The notes beneath the pieces were generated by a model, which saw only the letters and a program-made list of their open reading frames with translations, searched no databases and was not told where the DNA came from. Positions 37,588 through 47,269 of a stretch of 64,000 nucleotides of DNA are shown here, one piece after another. Numbering within the stretch: position 1 is the first letter of the stretch; every line of letters starts with the position of its first letter. The DNA comes from Caldilineaceae bacterium (GTDB taxonomy: Bacteria > Chloroflexota > Anaerolineae > Caldilineales > Caldilineaceae): the NCBI GenBank assembly GCA_958295845.1, contig OY282376.1, forward strand, positions 507,022-571,021. The letters are read 5' to 3'. The position numbers and the translations under genes are program-made.

Positions 37588-38841
37588 ATGTCACAAACCC
37601 TACTTATTGACGGTCTCAAGCACCGCCGCCTGCCCATAAACCTGCGCCAGAGCGGAAACAGCGATGCCCGCATGCTCATCTCCACCCGCATCCGAAAGTC
37701 GCCCTGGTGGCACCTGTCCAAGGCCGCCGGCTGCTGGGCCTACACCACCTACAACCACCAGTACCACCCCCGCGCCTACATCAAGCCCGAAGATGGCGGC
37801 ATGCTCGCCGAGTACAAATTCCTCACCGAGCATGTCAGCATGTGGGATGTCGCCGTCGAACGCCAGATTCAGGTCAAGGGTCCCGACGCCGCCGACTTCG
37901 TCGACTATGTCATCACCCGTGATGTGCACAGACTGTTGCCCACCATGCAGGCCCGCTACGTGATCCTCTGCAACCAGTACGGCGGCATCATCAACGACCC
38001 GGTGCTCCTGCGCGTAGCCGATGACGAGTTCTGGTTCAGCATCTCCGACTCCGACGTGCTGCTCTGGGCGCAGGGCGTCAATTCCACCGGCAGATTCAAC
38101 GTTGACATTCACGAGCTCGACGTCTCTCCGGTCCAGATTCAAGGCCCCAAGTCGGCCGCGCTCCTGGAGAAGATGGTCGGCCCCCACGTCCGTGAGATGC
38201 CCTACTACAGCCTGATCCACGACACGGTCAACGGCCACCCGGTTACAATCTCGCGCACCGGTTTCTCCGCCGAGCTTGGCTTCGAGATCTACCTGCACAA
38301 CGCCATGCTCCACGCCGACGACGTCTGGCCTTACATCCTTGAGCAGGGCGAAGAGTTCAACCTCGGCGTCATCGCGCCCAGCCATATCCGCCGCATCGAG
38401 GCAGGCATCCTTTCCTACGGTCAGGACATGGACATTGAGAACAACCCCTACGAAGTGCGGCTAGGCTGGCAGGTGGACCTGGACAAAGGTGACTTCATCG
38501 GCAAAGAGGCGCTTACCCGCATCAAGCAGGAGGGCGTGAATCAGCGGCTGGTCGGTCTACGCGTGGGCGGCGAGCCGATCGTCTGGTACAACGAGGATTT
38601 CTATCTGGTCAAGGACAGCGACTCCGGCGACGACGTCGGCTACGTTACCAGCGCCTTCTGGTCACCGGCCCAGGACTCAAACATCGCGCTGGCCGTCATG
38701 CCCCGCTCCCACTGGAGACGCGGCACCCAGGTCAAAGTCCAGCTCCCCGCCGACGGCATTGTCGACGCCGAAGTCGTGCGCGTCCCCTTCGTCGACCCGA
38801 CCAAGGATCTGCCCAAGACTGAACTGCAGGAAGCGGGATAG
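37588..38841 (+). CDS. Aminomethyltransferase (GcvT) family protein, resembling the DmdA/LigM-type tetrahydrofolate-dependent demethylase branch
   Basis: RKSPWWH ... AYTTYNHQYHPRAY ... HVSMWDVAVERQIQVKGPDA ... GGIINDPVLLRVADDEFWFSISDSD matches the remembered DmdA-like pattern. The start is taken at the ATG with GGAG 9 nt upstream. Confidence 0.7.
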   Translation: MSQTLLIDGLKHRRLPINLRQSGNSDARMLISTRIRKSPWWHLSKAAGCWAYTTYNHQYHPRAYIKPEDGGMLAEYKFLTEHVSMWDVAVERQIQVKGPDAADFVDYVITRDVHRLLPTMQARYVILCNQYGGIINDPVLLRVADDEFWFSISDSDVLLWAQGVNSTGRFNVDIHELDVSPVQIQGPKSAALLEKMVGPHVREMPYYSLIHDTVNGHPVTISRTGFSAELGFEIYLHNAMLHADDVWPYILEQGEEFNLGVIAPSHIRRIEAGILSYGQDMDIENNPYEVRLGWQVDLDKGDFIGKEALTRIKQEGVNQRLVGLRVGGEPIVWYNEDFYLVKDSDSGDDVGYVTSAFWSPAQDSNIALAVMPRSHWRRGTQVKVQLPADGIVDAEVVRVPFVDPTKDLPKTELQEAG

Positions 38842-39031
38842 CCAGTCGTCGCACCGCCTAAGCGCTGCGGCCCTCTACCGGGCTGGCAGGGACTCAGCCG
38901 TCCACCAAATCCGACTATAGCTCGGTTCAGGGTCGCCGATGTGGTACGGGCGCTTGCGCCTCAGCTGGCCAATCGAGTTCCGACGTCCTGTCAGGCGTCC
39001 CCTGCGTCTTTGAAGAACCATACTCGCACAT

Positions 39032-39799
39032 TCACGGGGTCCCAATACGCCTCGATATGGAATCGGAAAAGTTCGCCAAATTGACCAGGCAGTGCGCAAC
39101 TGTGCCGGGGCGGACGCTGTGCGTGTGGAAGGTTGTGTAGATGAGCGGTAGGATGCCCAACGTGCGTACCGGAATCATCCAGGGCGTGTCAAAATGGTAT
39201 ATGGCGAAAAGCAAGCTGTGTGCGGCGGGCTTCAGGCGCCCGAACTGACTTGGCATTCTTGGGAGCAGATACCCGCGGAAATAGAGCTCTTCGGTTATGG
39301 GAACGAGGATGCCGGTGAGCACAATATGCGCAAATAGAACGATCCCTGCGACCTCCGAAACCCCTGACATTTGGTATTTCGCGAAGACGCTGAAACCAAC
39401 GAAAGTTTCAAGCCAAAGGGTGATCGGCTCAAACGCGGCAAAGATAATGGCGGTTGGCACCAGGATCGCCGGAACCCATATGAAATAGCGAGACCAGGAG
39501 ACTGGTTGGTCGTATACAACGATACCTTCAAGCGACCACCCTGGGTTATGCCGCTTCTTAGCCAAGTAGTAGAGGTATCCTAGCTGCACGGGAATCAGCA
39601 CAAATACGTTTGTGAAAACGCCGAAGATCAGTTCCGGAGGTAGTGACGGGTTCCAAAAGGTCGCCAACCCCAGCAAGATCGCTGCTATGTTTGCGATGCC
39701 GGGGGCTAAATGGAGGAAAAGACACTTGCCCAAAGAATGAGGCTCAACCTCCGAACTGGTCAGAACGCTATCCGGTCGTCCTGATGCAAGTGTTTTCAA
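39032..39799 (-). CDS. CPBP-family intramembrane glutamic endopeptidase (CAAX protease-like)
   Basis: EELYFRGYLLPRM and FAIYH motifs; polytopic; GC visibly lower than flanks. Confidence 0.8.
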   Translation of the reverse strand: MKTLASGRPDSVLTSSEVEPHSLGKCLFLHLAPGIANIAAILLGLATFWNPSLPPELIFGVFTNVFVLIPVQLGYLYYLAKKRHNPGWSLEGIVVYDQPVSWSRYFIWVPAILVPTAIIFAAFEPITLWLETFVGFSVFAKYQMSGVSEVAGIVLFAHIVLTGILVPITEELYFRGYLLPRMPSQFGRLKPAAHSLLFAIYHFDTPWMIPVRTLGILPLIYTTFHTHSVRPGTVAHCLVNLANFSDSISRRIGTP

Positions 39800-39846
39800 C
39801 CTCGACCTCCTCCTGTCCTCGATGACCTCGCTCCCTGCTTTCGGGA

Positions 39847-40845
39847 CTAGGACAAACCCCCCAACCCAAACGCCGCCTCCAAGTCCACCGTCGCGCCGCT
39901 CGCGATTGCCCGCTTGATCCCCGCCTCGAACTGCAGCTCCTGCAACCCGGCCACGCCGGGTATCGGCGGCGGCGCGCCATCCTGCACACTGTCCAGATAG
40001 GCGTGGATCGCCTTACCGAACGACGCCTGGTATTGGACCCAGCGCGAGATATCGAACGTCAGGTTGTGCCGCTCATGGCGGCCCGTTCGGTAGTTGATTA
40101 CCTCCATCTCGCCGTCCAGGTCCCGCATACTCAGCCGTCCGTGCTCATAGGCGAAGGTCAACTCGTAGAGCGGAAGCTTGGTATCGATGGCGGATGTGCC
40201 GATAAGCGTGCCGGTTGCGTCGTTTGCCAAGCGTGCCGCCACCGTTACGTTGCGCGCTTCATCGGCGTCCATGCCTGGCGAGGACGCCTGCGCGCTGATG
40301 CTCGCCGCCGGCCCCATGAAATACAGCAGCAGGTCGATGCAGTGGCTCCAGCAGTTGTAGTGCACCAGGCCAGTGAAATGCACCGGCTGCCCGAACGCCT
40401 CCCGCTCCACGATCTCCCGCGCCAGCCGCGTCTGGTCGAAGAAGCGATAGTTGAACACCATCGCCGTCTCTACGCCCGCGCCGTGTGCCGCCTGCAGCAT
40501 ATCCCGCGCGTCGAAGAAGTCCTCCTCCACGACATCGGCCTGCCCATACCGCGCCGCCAGCGGCTTCTCAAAGAAGAGCCGCTTCGGCTTGAAAGGCAGC
40601 AACGCATTGGCCGCGTCGAGACGGTCCGTCTCCTTGGTAAAGATCAAACAGGTGTCCGGTTCGTCCGCCAACAGGTCGGCCGCATCCGCCGCCACGCGCC
40701 CGCCGAATTTTTCCGCCACCGCTTCCGCCTTGCTGCGCGTACGGTTCAGATAACTGAGCTGGATATCCTCGCGCTCCACGATGCAGGGCAGATAGTTCTT
40801 CTCCGCAACGCCGCCGGTTCCTACAACTGCAATCTTCATTGTCAT
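39847..40845 (-). CDS. Gfo/Idh/MocA family oxidoreductase
   Basis: MKIAVVGTGGVAEKNYLP Rossmann start; EKPLA motif. Confidence 0.85.
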   Translation of the reverse strand: MTMKIAVVGTGGVAEKNYLPCIVEREDIQLSYLNRTRSKAEAVAEKFGGRVAADAADLLADEPDTCLIFTKETDRLDAANALLPFKPKRLFFEKPLAARYGQADVVEEDFFDARDMLQAAHGAGVETAMVFNYRFFDQTRLAREIVEREAFGQPVHFTGLVHYNCWSHCIDLLLYFMGPAASISAQASSPGMDADEARNVTVAARLANDATGTLIGTSAIDTKLPLYELTFAYEHGRLSMRDLDGEMEVINYRTGRHERHNLTFDISRWVQYQASFGKAIHAYLDSVQDGAPPPIPGVAGLQELQFEAGIKRAIASGATVDLEAAFGLGGLS

Positions 40846-40881
40846 CCTTATTCCCCTCAGGCTTGATTCTGCGTTTACAGG

Positions 40882-43644
40882 CTATTCTTCGACCAAACGA
40901 AAACTGTAGGCACCGGAGCCTACCTGGAAGTTGATGGCGTCCCCGTTATCCTCACCCGCGTCGATCCCCAAAACGCCCGGTCTGTACATTCCCTCTTCCC
41001 AAACCGTCTTGCCGCCCTCGCTGACAGCCACCGCGCCCAGCCCCAGCTTGGGTATGCTGACCTGCGCCGCCGTGTTGACAGGGACAGTCACCTGCAAGTC
41101 AAACGCCTCCTCGTCGCGCTGCCACGCCGCAGCCACCGTGCCGGACCGCGTCTCGACCTCGGCATCAACATCGGTCACACCGCCAACAACGCTTGGGCGA
41201 ATCGCGATCGCCCGATAGCCGGGGCTGGTCGGGCCGATCCCGGCCAGCGTCCGATAAAAGAAGACCTCCGTGCTGCAGAACATCTTCATATTCAGGCTCA
41301 ACGCCTCCTCCGGGTCGCCGTCCCACGACTCCCACACCGTCGTCGCGCCCTTCGCGATCTGCTCGCCCCAGCTCGGAAAGGTCGTCTGCGACATGAGCTC
41401 GGCCATAACCTCCGCCTGCCCATACCGCGGCAGCGCATTCTCCAGCGCGGCCGTGCCGATGATCCCCGTCGTCAAATGCCCGTTCTGGCGCACGCGGATA
41501 TCCTCGACCAGGTTGGCGACAACCGCCTCCACCCTCTCTGCCGGCACCAGGTCAAGGTGCAGCGCCACCGCGTTCGCCGTCTGGCTGCCGCCCCCGTACT
41601 GGTGGGTCTCCTTGTCCAGAAACTCGCGGTTGAACGCCTCCCGGATTTCCCCGGCCAGCGCGCCGTACCGCATCGCATCCTCCTCCTCGCCCAGAACCCG
41701 CGCCGCCTGCGCCAGGATCCACACACAGTGCTGGTAATAGGCCGTCGACGTGAGCGGCATCGGCGTATGCAGCGGCTTAAAGCTGGATGTTCCGTCCGCC
41801 TGCGGCTCCATGTGATCACCCAGGCCATGGCGCATGATATGCCCTTCCGCCAGCCCGCCGTAAAACGCCATCAACCGCTTGAGCGCCCTGTAATGCCTCG
41901 CCAAAACGCGCCTGTCGCCGTAATGCCGGTAGACCTGCCACACGTAGATCGGATAAGTGCTCGCCCAGTCCATCCAGCGCAGATACGGATCCATCGTCGT
42001 GCGCCAGTGCAGCGGAGCCACCACAGGAACATCGCCGTCCTCCTTCTGCGCATCAGCGATGTCCTCCAGCCACTTCGTCCAAAAACTGGCGCTGCTGAAG
42101 TTGTAGAGGTAGTCCTCGGCGATAAAACCCGGATCGCCCAGCCACGCCACCCGTTCGGACCGGTCAGCCGCGTCCTGCGAGATGCTCTGAAAACTGCCCC
42201 GCAGCGTCCAGTGTACATTGCCGTGAATCCGGTTGAAGAGCTCGTTCGAACAGCGGAAACGGCTTCCGGTCCCAACCGCCGTGTGCACAACACGCCCATC
42301 CACGCACCCGAGCGTCGGCGCGCCCGGAAAGCCGGTCACCTCCACATAACGGAAACTGTGCAGCGTAAAGCGCGGCTCCCATACCTCGACGCCATGTCCT
42401 CTGAGCGTATAACTGTCCGTTTGCCTCGCGCCATGATGGACTTCCCCATCGCGGCTGCTCCCCTGCTTGTCCTCCTCCGAATCGGGCTCATTGTACATAT
42501 TGCTGCGCGCGTCCAGCGTCCCGTCCGCATACAGACAGGTCCCGTGCCGCAGCGTAACCGTCGCCCCCGCCGGCCCCTGCACCCGCAGCCGGCTCCAGCC
42601 CGTAATCGTCTGTCCCAGGTCGAAGATGTACACGCCCTCGCTTGGGCTGGTCATCTCGACCGCCGGTCGCGTCTCGACTACGCGCGCCGCCGGCATGCTC
42701 TGCGCCGTCAGCGCGCCCCCGGGCGCGTCCACGGCCACAGCCGGGGGCCAGCCCGCGTCGTCGTAACCAGGGCTGTCCCACCCCGCTTTTTCCAAGCGCG
42801 CGTCGTAAAGTTCGCCGTTGCAGAAGTCGTTATACGTAATCGGGCCCGGAGCCGCCTTCCACCCGCCATCCGAGACGATGCTGACCTGCCCGCCGTCTTC
42901 GTACTCTACGAGTCCTTGCAGCAGCAGCCTGGGCCTGTCCCCGTAAGGCGTCCGATGACTGGGCGACGGCGGAACATCATCCTCCGCGCTGTACCAGCCG
43001 TGCCCCAGCATGACGCCGAAAACGTTCGCGCCCGGCCGCAGCAACGCCGTGACATCGTTGCTCACATAGAGCACTCGCTCGCCCAGCGCAAACGACTGGT
43101 CGTTGTTATAGTACGTGTTGCCAGGGTCCAGCACGCTCCGCCCAACCTTGGCGCCGTTCACATACAGTTCCCCGTAACCCAGCCCGGACATGTGGACCGT
43201 CGCCCGTCGGATTGGCCTGTCCAGCCTAAACTCCCGCCGCAGCAACGGCGCAGAGATCGTCCCGTCAGCCGCGCCGGTCCAGCCGCCCTGCCATTCGCTT
43301 GCCTCCAACAGTCCCATGCTGAACACTGCCGGAGGACTGAACCGGCTGGCCCGTCCTTCCCGATCCCACACCTGCACCGCCCACCAGCAGCGCTCATTGC
43401 TGGCGAGCGCCGCGCCTTCGTATTCGACATGCGCCATGCTTGCCGAATCCACACAGCCGCTATCCCACCTGTCACCAACCCCGGCTAGTAGTCTGGCCTC
43501 GCTGCTGGCAACCAGGATCCGGTAGGCCGACTGGCTCTGCCCGCGTTCATCGGCGCGCAGCAGCCAGCTGAAGCGCGGCTGACGGGCGTCTATGCCCACC
43601 GGCTCGACTGCGTATTCGCACTGTAAGTCAAAGGGGGTGATCAT
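40882..43644 (-). CDS. Alpha-L-rhamnosidase (glycoside hydrolase family 78), no signal peptide
   Basis: 920 aa. N-terminal LQCEYAVEPVGIDARQPRFSWLL is typical of GH78. Layout is consistent with multi-domain GH78 enzymes. Confidence 0.85.
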   Translation of the reverse strand: MITPFDLQCEYAVEPVGIDARQPRFSWLLRADERGQSQSAYRILVASSEARLLAGVGDRWDSGCVDSASMAHVEYEGAALASNERCWWAVQVWDREGRASRFSPPAVFSMGLLEASEWQGGWTGAADGTISAPLLRREFRLDRPIRRATVHMSGLGYGELYVNGAKVGRSVLDPGNTYYNNDQSFALGERVLYVSNDVTALLRPGANVFGVMLGHGWYSAEDDVPPSPSHRTPYGDRPRLLLQGLVEYEDGGQVSIVSDGGWKAAPGPITYNDFCNGELYDARLEKAGWDSPGYDDAGWPPAVAVDAPGGALTAQSMPAARVVETRPAVEMTSPSEGVYIFDLGQTITGWSRLRVQGPAGATVTLRHGTCLYADGTLDARSNMYNEPDSEEDKQGSSRDGEVHHGARQTDSYTLRGHGVEVWEPRFTLHSFRYVEVTGFPGAPTLGCVDGRVVHTAVGTGSRFRCSNELFNRIHGNVHWTLRGSFQSISQDAADRSERVAWLGDPGFIAEDYLYNFSSASFWTKWLEDIADAQKEDGDVPVVAPLHWRTTMDPYLRWMDWASTYPIYVWQVYRHYGDRRVLARHYRALKRLMAFYGGLAEGHIMRHGLGDHMEPQADGTSSFKPLHTPMPLTSTAYYQHCVWILAQAARVLGEEEDAMRYGALAGEIREAFNREFLDKETHQYGGGSQTANAVALHLDLVPAERVEAVVANLVEDIRVRQNGHLTTGIIGTAALENALPRYGQAEVMAELMSQTTFPSWGEQIAKGATTVWESWDGDPEEALSLNMKMFCSTEVFFYRTLAGIGPTSPGYRAIAIRPSVVGGVTDVDAEVETRSGTVAAAWQRDEEAFDLQVTVPVNTAAQVSIPKLGLGAVAVSEGGKTVWEEGMYRPGVLGIDAGEDNGDAINFQVGSGAYSFRLVEE

Positions 43645-43863
43645 CTGGCTACCGTGTCCGTATGAACAGTGGTAAGCAACGCCGAGCCGTATTGTACCAG
43701 AATTTCACGCATCAACAGGAGTGGGAGCGCATACCGCGACGTTCGAGACCTGTGGATGGGTATGCCTGTAAACGGCTGTCGATACATGGAAAGTCGCTCG
43801 TCAGTTTAGAGAGTAGATAGCAAGTGGGCCAAAAAACAGTGTTTGCAGTGCCACTGTAATCTC

Positions 43864-43872
43864 TGCTATGAT
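43864..43872 (+). promoter_or_regulatory. Extended -10 promoter candidate (TGcTATGAT) for the second sugar ABC locus
   Basis: ctcTGcTATGATccc read directly, about 160 nt upstream of ATG 44034. Confidence 0.35.
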
Positions 43873-44033
43873 CCCGTGGCCGGCCCACGGCATGTTGACC
43901 GCGGCGCTGTACTCCACACGCTGTCCGATTCATGCAGTGAACCGCCGACCTTCACCCAACCACTTGATTCACAGCTTTAATCGTATCGACAACCGATACT
44001 TCCTAACACCCTTTCCAAACCAGGAGGAATCCA

Positions 44034-45371
44034 ATGTCCCGAAAAGATCTTGCTTCGCTTACGCGCCCCGTATCCAGGCGTGCCTTCCTCAAGACAGCCG
44101 GGGTGGGTGCCAGCCTCGCCGCGCTCAGCGCCTGCGCCGTTCCTGCGGCCGCCCCCTCGGAAGATAGCGGTGGCGAAGGAACCATGGCCGAACCGCAACA
44201 GCTGAACATCGTCTACTGGGCCGACAGCAATGACTTCTTCCAAGGTGTGATCGACCAGTATCAGGAAGAGACAGGCAACACCGTCAACTATGAAGTCGCG
44301 CCCGCTGTTTACATCGAATGGCAGCAGATGATGACGACACGGCTGGCATCGGGCGATACCGGTACCGACGCCTTCCACTCCGACGACTTCCAGGCTGCCA
44401 TCTACGGCGCCGCCGGCTGGCTCTCGCCGCTCGAGCCCGTCGTCGAACTCTATGACATCGACCTCGATGACTGGCCCCAAACGCTGATCTACGATGTTTC
44501 CTCCTGGGACGGCGCCCTCTACCGCATCCCTTGGGGTAACGACACCGAGATCTTCTTCTATCGCACCGACTACTTCGAAGAAGCCGGCGTCTCTCCACCC
44601 ACCGACTGGAACGATCTCGTCGAAGTAGGCACCGCCCTCACCGACGAGGACGCAGGCATCTACGGCATCGCCCTCTCCGCCACCATCGGCGGCCAGCTCG
44701 GCAACGAAATCCAGCACTGGACAAACCAGGGCGGCGGCGCCATCAACAACCTCGACAATGACGGCGCCCGTGAAGCCCTCGCCTTCTATAAGGCGCTCTA
44801 TGCCGAGCACAACATCGCCCCTGACTCCGCCCCGCAGGAGGACTACAGCTCCGTCTTCCAGGGCTGGCTCTCTGACAAGTACGCTATGTGGTGGTGCTGG
44901 GACGGCTTCTTCGGCGCAATGCGCACCAACGAGGAGTTCTGGGCCGATCAGGTTTCCGCATTCCTGCCGCCAATGGGACCGGACAACGCAGAGACGATCA
45001 CAGGCTGCTGGGGCTGGTCCGTCGTCGCCAGCTCGCCCAACCAGGAACTTGCCAACGAGTGGATCGGCTTCACCGCACGCGCCGATGTCATGAAGCAGCA
45101 GATCTATCGCGGCCGCGTTCCCGCCCGCGTCTCCCTCTGGGCCGACCCCGAAGTCCAGGATCTCGCGCCCTCTTCGCCCTTCCTCTTGGATCTGGCCGAG
45201 GCCGGCGGCCTTGTCAAGGCCCGCCCGGTTACACCCAGTATCCAGGAAATCTACGACGCCGCCGAACAGAACGTTCACGCCTACCTGACCGACCAGGTCA
45301 GTCTCGATGAAGCGGTCACGGCCGCCATGGACAAGATCAACCCAATCCTCGAACGCGACCTGGGCTCATAA
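44034..45371 (+). CDS. Carbohydrate (CUT1-type) ABC transporter substrate-binding lipoprotein
   Basis: aggagg RBS. Tat-like SRRAFLKTAGVG signal plus lipobox LSAC. Confidence 0.85.
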   Translation: MSRKDLASLTRPVSRRAFLKTAGVGASLAALSACAVPAAAPSEDSGGEGTMAEPQQLNIVYWADSNDFFQGVIDQYQEETGNTVNYEVAPAVYIEWQQMMTTRLASGDTGTDAFHSDDFQAAIYGAAGWLSPLEPVVELYDIDLDDWPQTLIYDVSSWDGALYRIPWGNDTEIFFYRTDYFEEAGVSPPTDWNDLVEVGTALTDEDAGIYGIALSATIGGQLGNEIQHWTNQGGGAINNLDNDGAREALAFYKALYAEHNIAPDSAPQEDYSSVFQGWLSDKYAMWWCWDGFFGAMRTNEEFWADQVSAFLPPMGPDNAETITGCWGWSVVASSPNQELANEWIGFTARADVMKQQIYRGRVPARVSLWADPEVQDLAPSSPFLLDLAEAGGLVKARPVTPSIQEIYDAAEQNVHAYLTDQVSLDEAVTAAMDKINPILERDLGS

Positions 45372-45382
45372 CCGTAATGAAC

Positions 45383-45416
45383 TGCCGGTGGCCAGCATCT
45401 CTACTGGCCACCGGCA
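45383..45416 (+). terminator. Strong intercistronic hairpin after the SBP gene (attenuator/RNA-stabilising element)
   Basis: Perfect 13-bp stem tgccggtggccag / ctggccaccggca with an 8-nt loop. No U-tract; immediately followed by the heptamer array. Confidence 0.6.
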
Positions 45417-45458
45417 ACTGACCACTGATCACTGATCACTGACCACTCACCACTGGTG
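45417..45458 (+). repeat. Heptanucleotide array (actgacc actgatc actgatc actgacc actcacc actggtg)
   Basis: TGA at 45419, 45426, 45433 and 45440. Array ends 8 nt before the TTG start at 45467. Confidence 0.85.
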
Positions 45459-45466
45459 TTCTACCT

Positions 45467-46357
45467 TTGTTCGGTCAACAGAACCTCAGCACACGTCGCA
45501 TACTTCTGGCCTGGCTGCTGGTCACCCCTGTGGTGCTGTGGCGGCTCCTCACATCCGTCTATCCCTTCCTGCGCACCTTCTATATCAGCTTCTTCGATAA
45601 CAGTCCCGTACGCCGCACCTTCGACTTTGTCGGCCTCGACAACTATATCGCGTTGACACGCGACTCCAACGTGGACGCCACCCTCACCTTCACGCTCTTC
45701 TTTACAGTCACGTCCGTTGTCCTGCAAGTCGTGTTCGGGCTGGCCATCGCTGAACTGCTCAACCAGCGCTTCCGCATGCGCAACCTGACGCGCGCCGTCA
45801 ACCTGCTGCCTTGGGCCATGGCCCCAATCGTGATCGCCACCGCGGCCCGCTGGATTTTCCACCAGGATTATGGCCTCATCAACGATATTATCTGGCGGCT
45901 CAGCGGTGAACGACCGCTCTGGCTGGTCAACTTCACCACCGCCCGCTTCGCCGTAACCATTACCGATGTCTGGAAAAACACCGCTTTCCTGTCCGTCATC
46001 TTCCTCAGTGGACTCCAGGGGATCCCCCTGGAACTCTACGAGGCCGCCAAAATCGACGGCGCCGACGGCGTGCGCTCTTACTGGTACGTCACCCTGCCGC
46101 TATTGATGCCGCTCATTATCTCGATGATCATCTTCACCGCCATCTTCCGCGTGCTCTCCTTTGAAATCGTTTACGCGCTGACCAATGGCGGGCCGGGCAC
46201 TGCTACATCGCTGCTCTCCTATCTTGTCTATCTCGAAGGCTTCCGCGTCCTCAACTTCGGCTACGCCTCCGCCATCGCTATGTTGCTCTTTTTCATCGTC
46301 CTGCTCGTGGGTGTCCTCGGCTACGGCTTCCTGCGTCGCGCCTGGGAACGACTGTAG
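45467..46357 (+). CDS. Carbohydrate ABC transporter permease (MalF-like)
   Basis: Polytopic; loop ELYEAAKIDGADGVRSYWYVTLPLLMP; TTG start as tracked. Confidence 0.8.
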   Translation: MFGQQNLSTRRILLAWLLVTPVVLWRLLTSVYPFLRTFYISFFDNSPVRRTFDFVGLDNYIALTRDSNVDATLTFTLFFTVTSVVLQVVFGLAIAELLNQRFRMRNLTRAVNLLPWAMAPIVIATAARWIFHQDYGLINDIIWRLSGERPLWLVNFTTARFAVTITDVWKNTAFLSVIFLSGLQGIPLELYEAAKIDGADGVRSYWYVTLPLLMPLIISMIIFTAIFRVLSFEIVYALTNGGPGTATSLLSYLVYLEGFRVLNFGYASAIAMLLFFIVLLVGVLGYGFLRRAWERL

Positions 46358-46386
46358 CAACTCTGACCAGGGACCACCGACTTCCT

Positions 46387-47244
46387 ATGAATACACAACT
46401 CAACTTCAAGCGCGGGATCCGCACAACGCTCTTCATACTCGTGGTGATTCTCTTCCTGACCGTGGTCCTGCTGCCGATCTACTACATCTTTCTGACCGCG
46501 TTCGCCCCGAGCGGAAAACTGTTCACCGTTCCTTTGACCTACGTTCCGCGCAGCCTGGCCGTCGCACGCTTTCAGGACATCTTCGGTGCGCTGCCCATCG
46601 CACGCTACATGCTCAACTCCACCATGCTGGCCACCCTTTCCACCGTCCTGGCGCTCACCGTCAGCCTGCTCGCCGCTTACGCCATCGCCCGCCTCGACTT
46701 CCCTGGCGCCAACCTGGTCATGATCGGGCTGCTCGCTTCCAGCATGTTGCCTGGCACCGCCACCGTCATCCCCCTCTTCCAGATGTTCCAGACGCTTAAT
46801 CTCATGGACACGCTGCATGGTCTTCTCATCCTCTACGGCAGCGCGCTGCTGCCGATCACCACCTGGGTGCTGGTCTCATTTCTGCGCCAGGTCCCCGTCG
46901 AGATCGAAGACGCCGCCAAGGTCGACGGCGCCAGCTTTTTCCCGCTCCTCTGGCGTATCGTTCTGCCCGTGATCCGCCCCGGCATCGCCACCATGTTCCT
47001 CATCAACTTCATCATCGGCTGGAACGAGTTCTTCACCCCGCTCATCTTCGCCCGCGGCGCCGGCGTCAAGGTCATCACCATGGCCCTCTCCGAAGCCCAG
47101 GTGATCGGCGCGAGGAGCGAATTTGACGTCTCCTGGGGCAACATGTCCGCCGTAGCCATCCTCACCACCATCCCGGTCTTCATCATCACCCTCATCTTCC
47201 AGCGCCAGATCGTCGAGGGCATCACCAGCGGCGTCTTCAAATAA
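46387..47244 (+). CDS. Carbohydrate ABC transporter permease (MalG-like)
   Basis: Loop EIEDAAKVDGASFFPLLWRIVLPV. Start context cgacttcctATG without an SD. Confidence 0.85.
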   Translation: MNTQLNFKRGIRTTLFILVVILFLTVVLLPIYYIFLTAFAPSGKLFTVPLTYVPRSLAVARFQDIFGALPIARYMLNSTMLATLSTVLALTVSLLAAYAIARLDFPGANLVMIGLLASSMLPGTATVIPLFQMFQTLNLMDTLHGLLILYGSALLPITTWVLVSFLRQVPVEIEDAAKVDGASFFPLLWRIVLPVIRPGIATMFLINFIIGWNEFFTPLIFARGAGVKVITMALSEAQVIGARSEFDVSWGNMSAVAILTTIPVFIITLIFQRQIVEGITSGVFK

Positions 47245-47269
47245 CACCTCACAGGAGCGACAAGCTGAT

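Noticed and set aside
38842-39031. tRNA-like D-arm motif (gcctcagctggcc)
   Set aside because: A cloverleaf could not be completed: there are no complementary acceptor or T arms.
41476-43488. 670-aa ORF on the plus strand
   Set aside because: Antisense to the GH78 rhamnosidase gene. The sequence is extremely Arg/Pro/His-rich, low-complexity and carries no motif.
43977-45278. 433-aa minus-strand ORF
   Set aside because: Antisense to the Tat-signal SBP gene and has no motifs.
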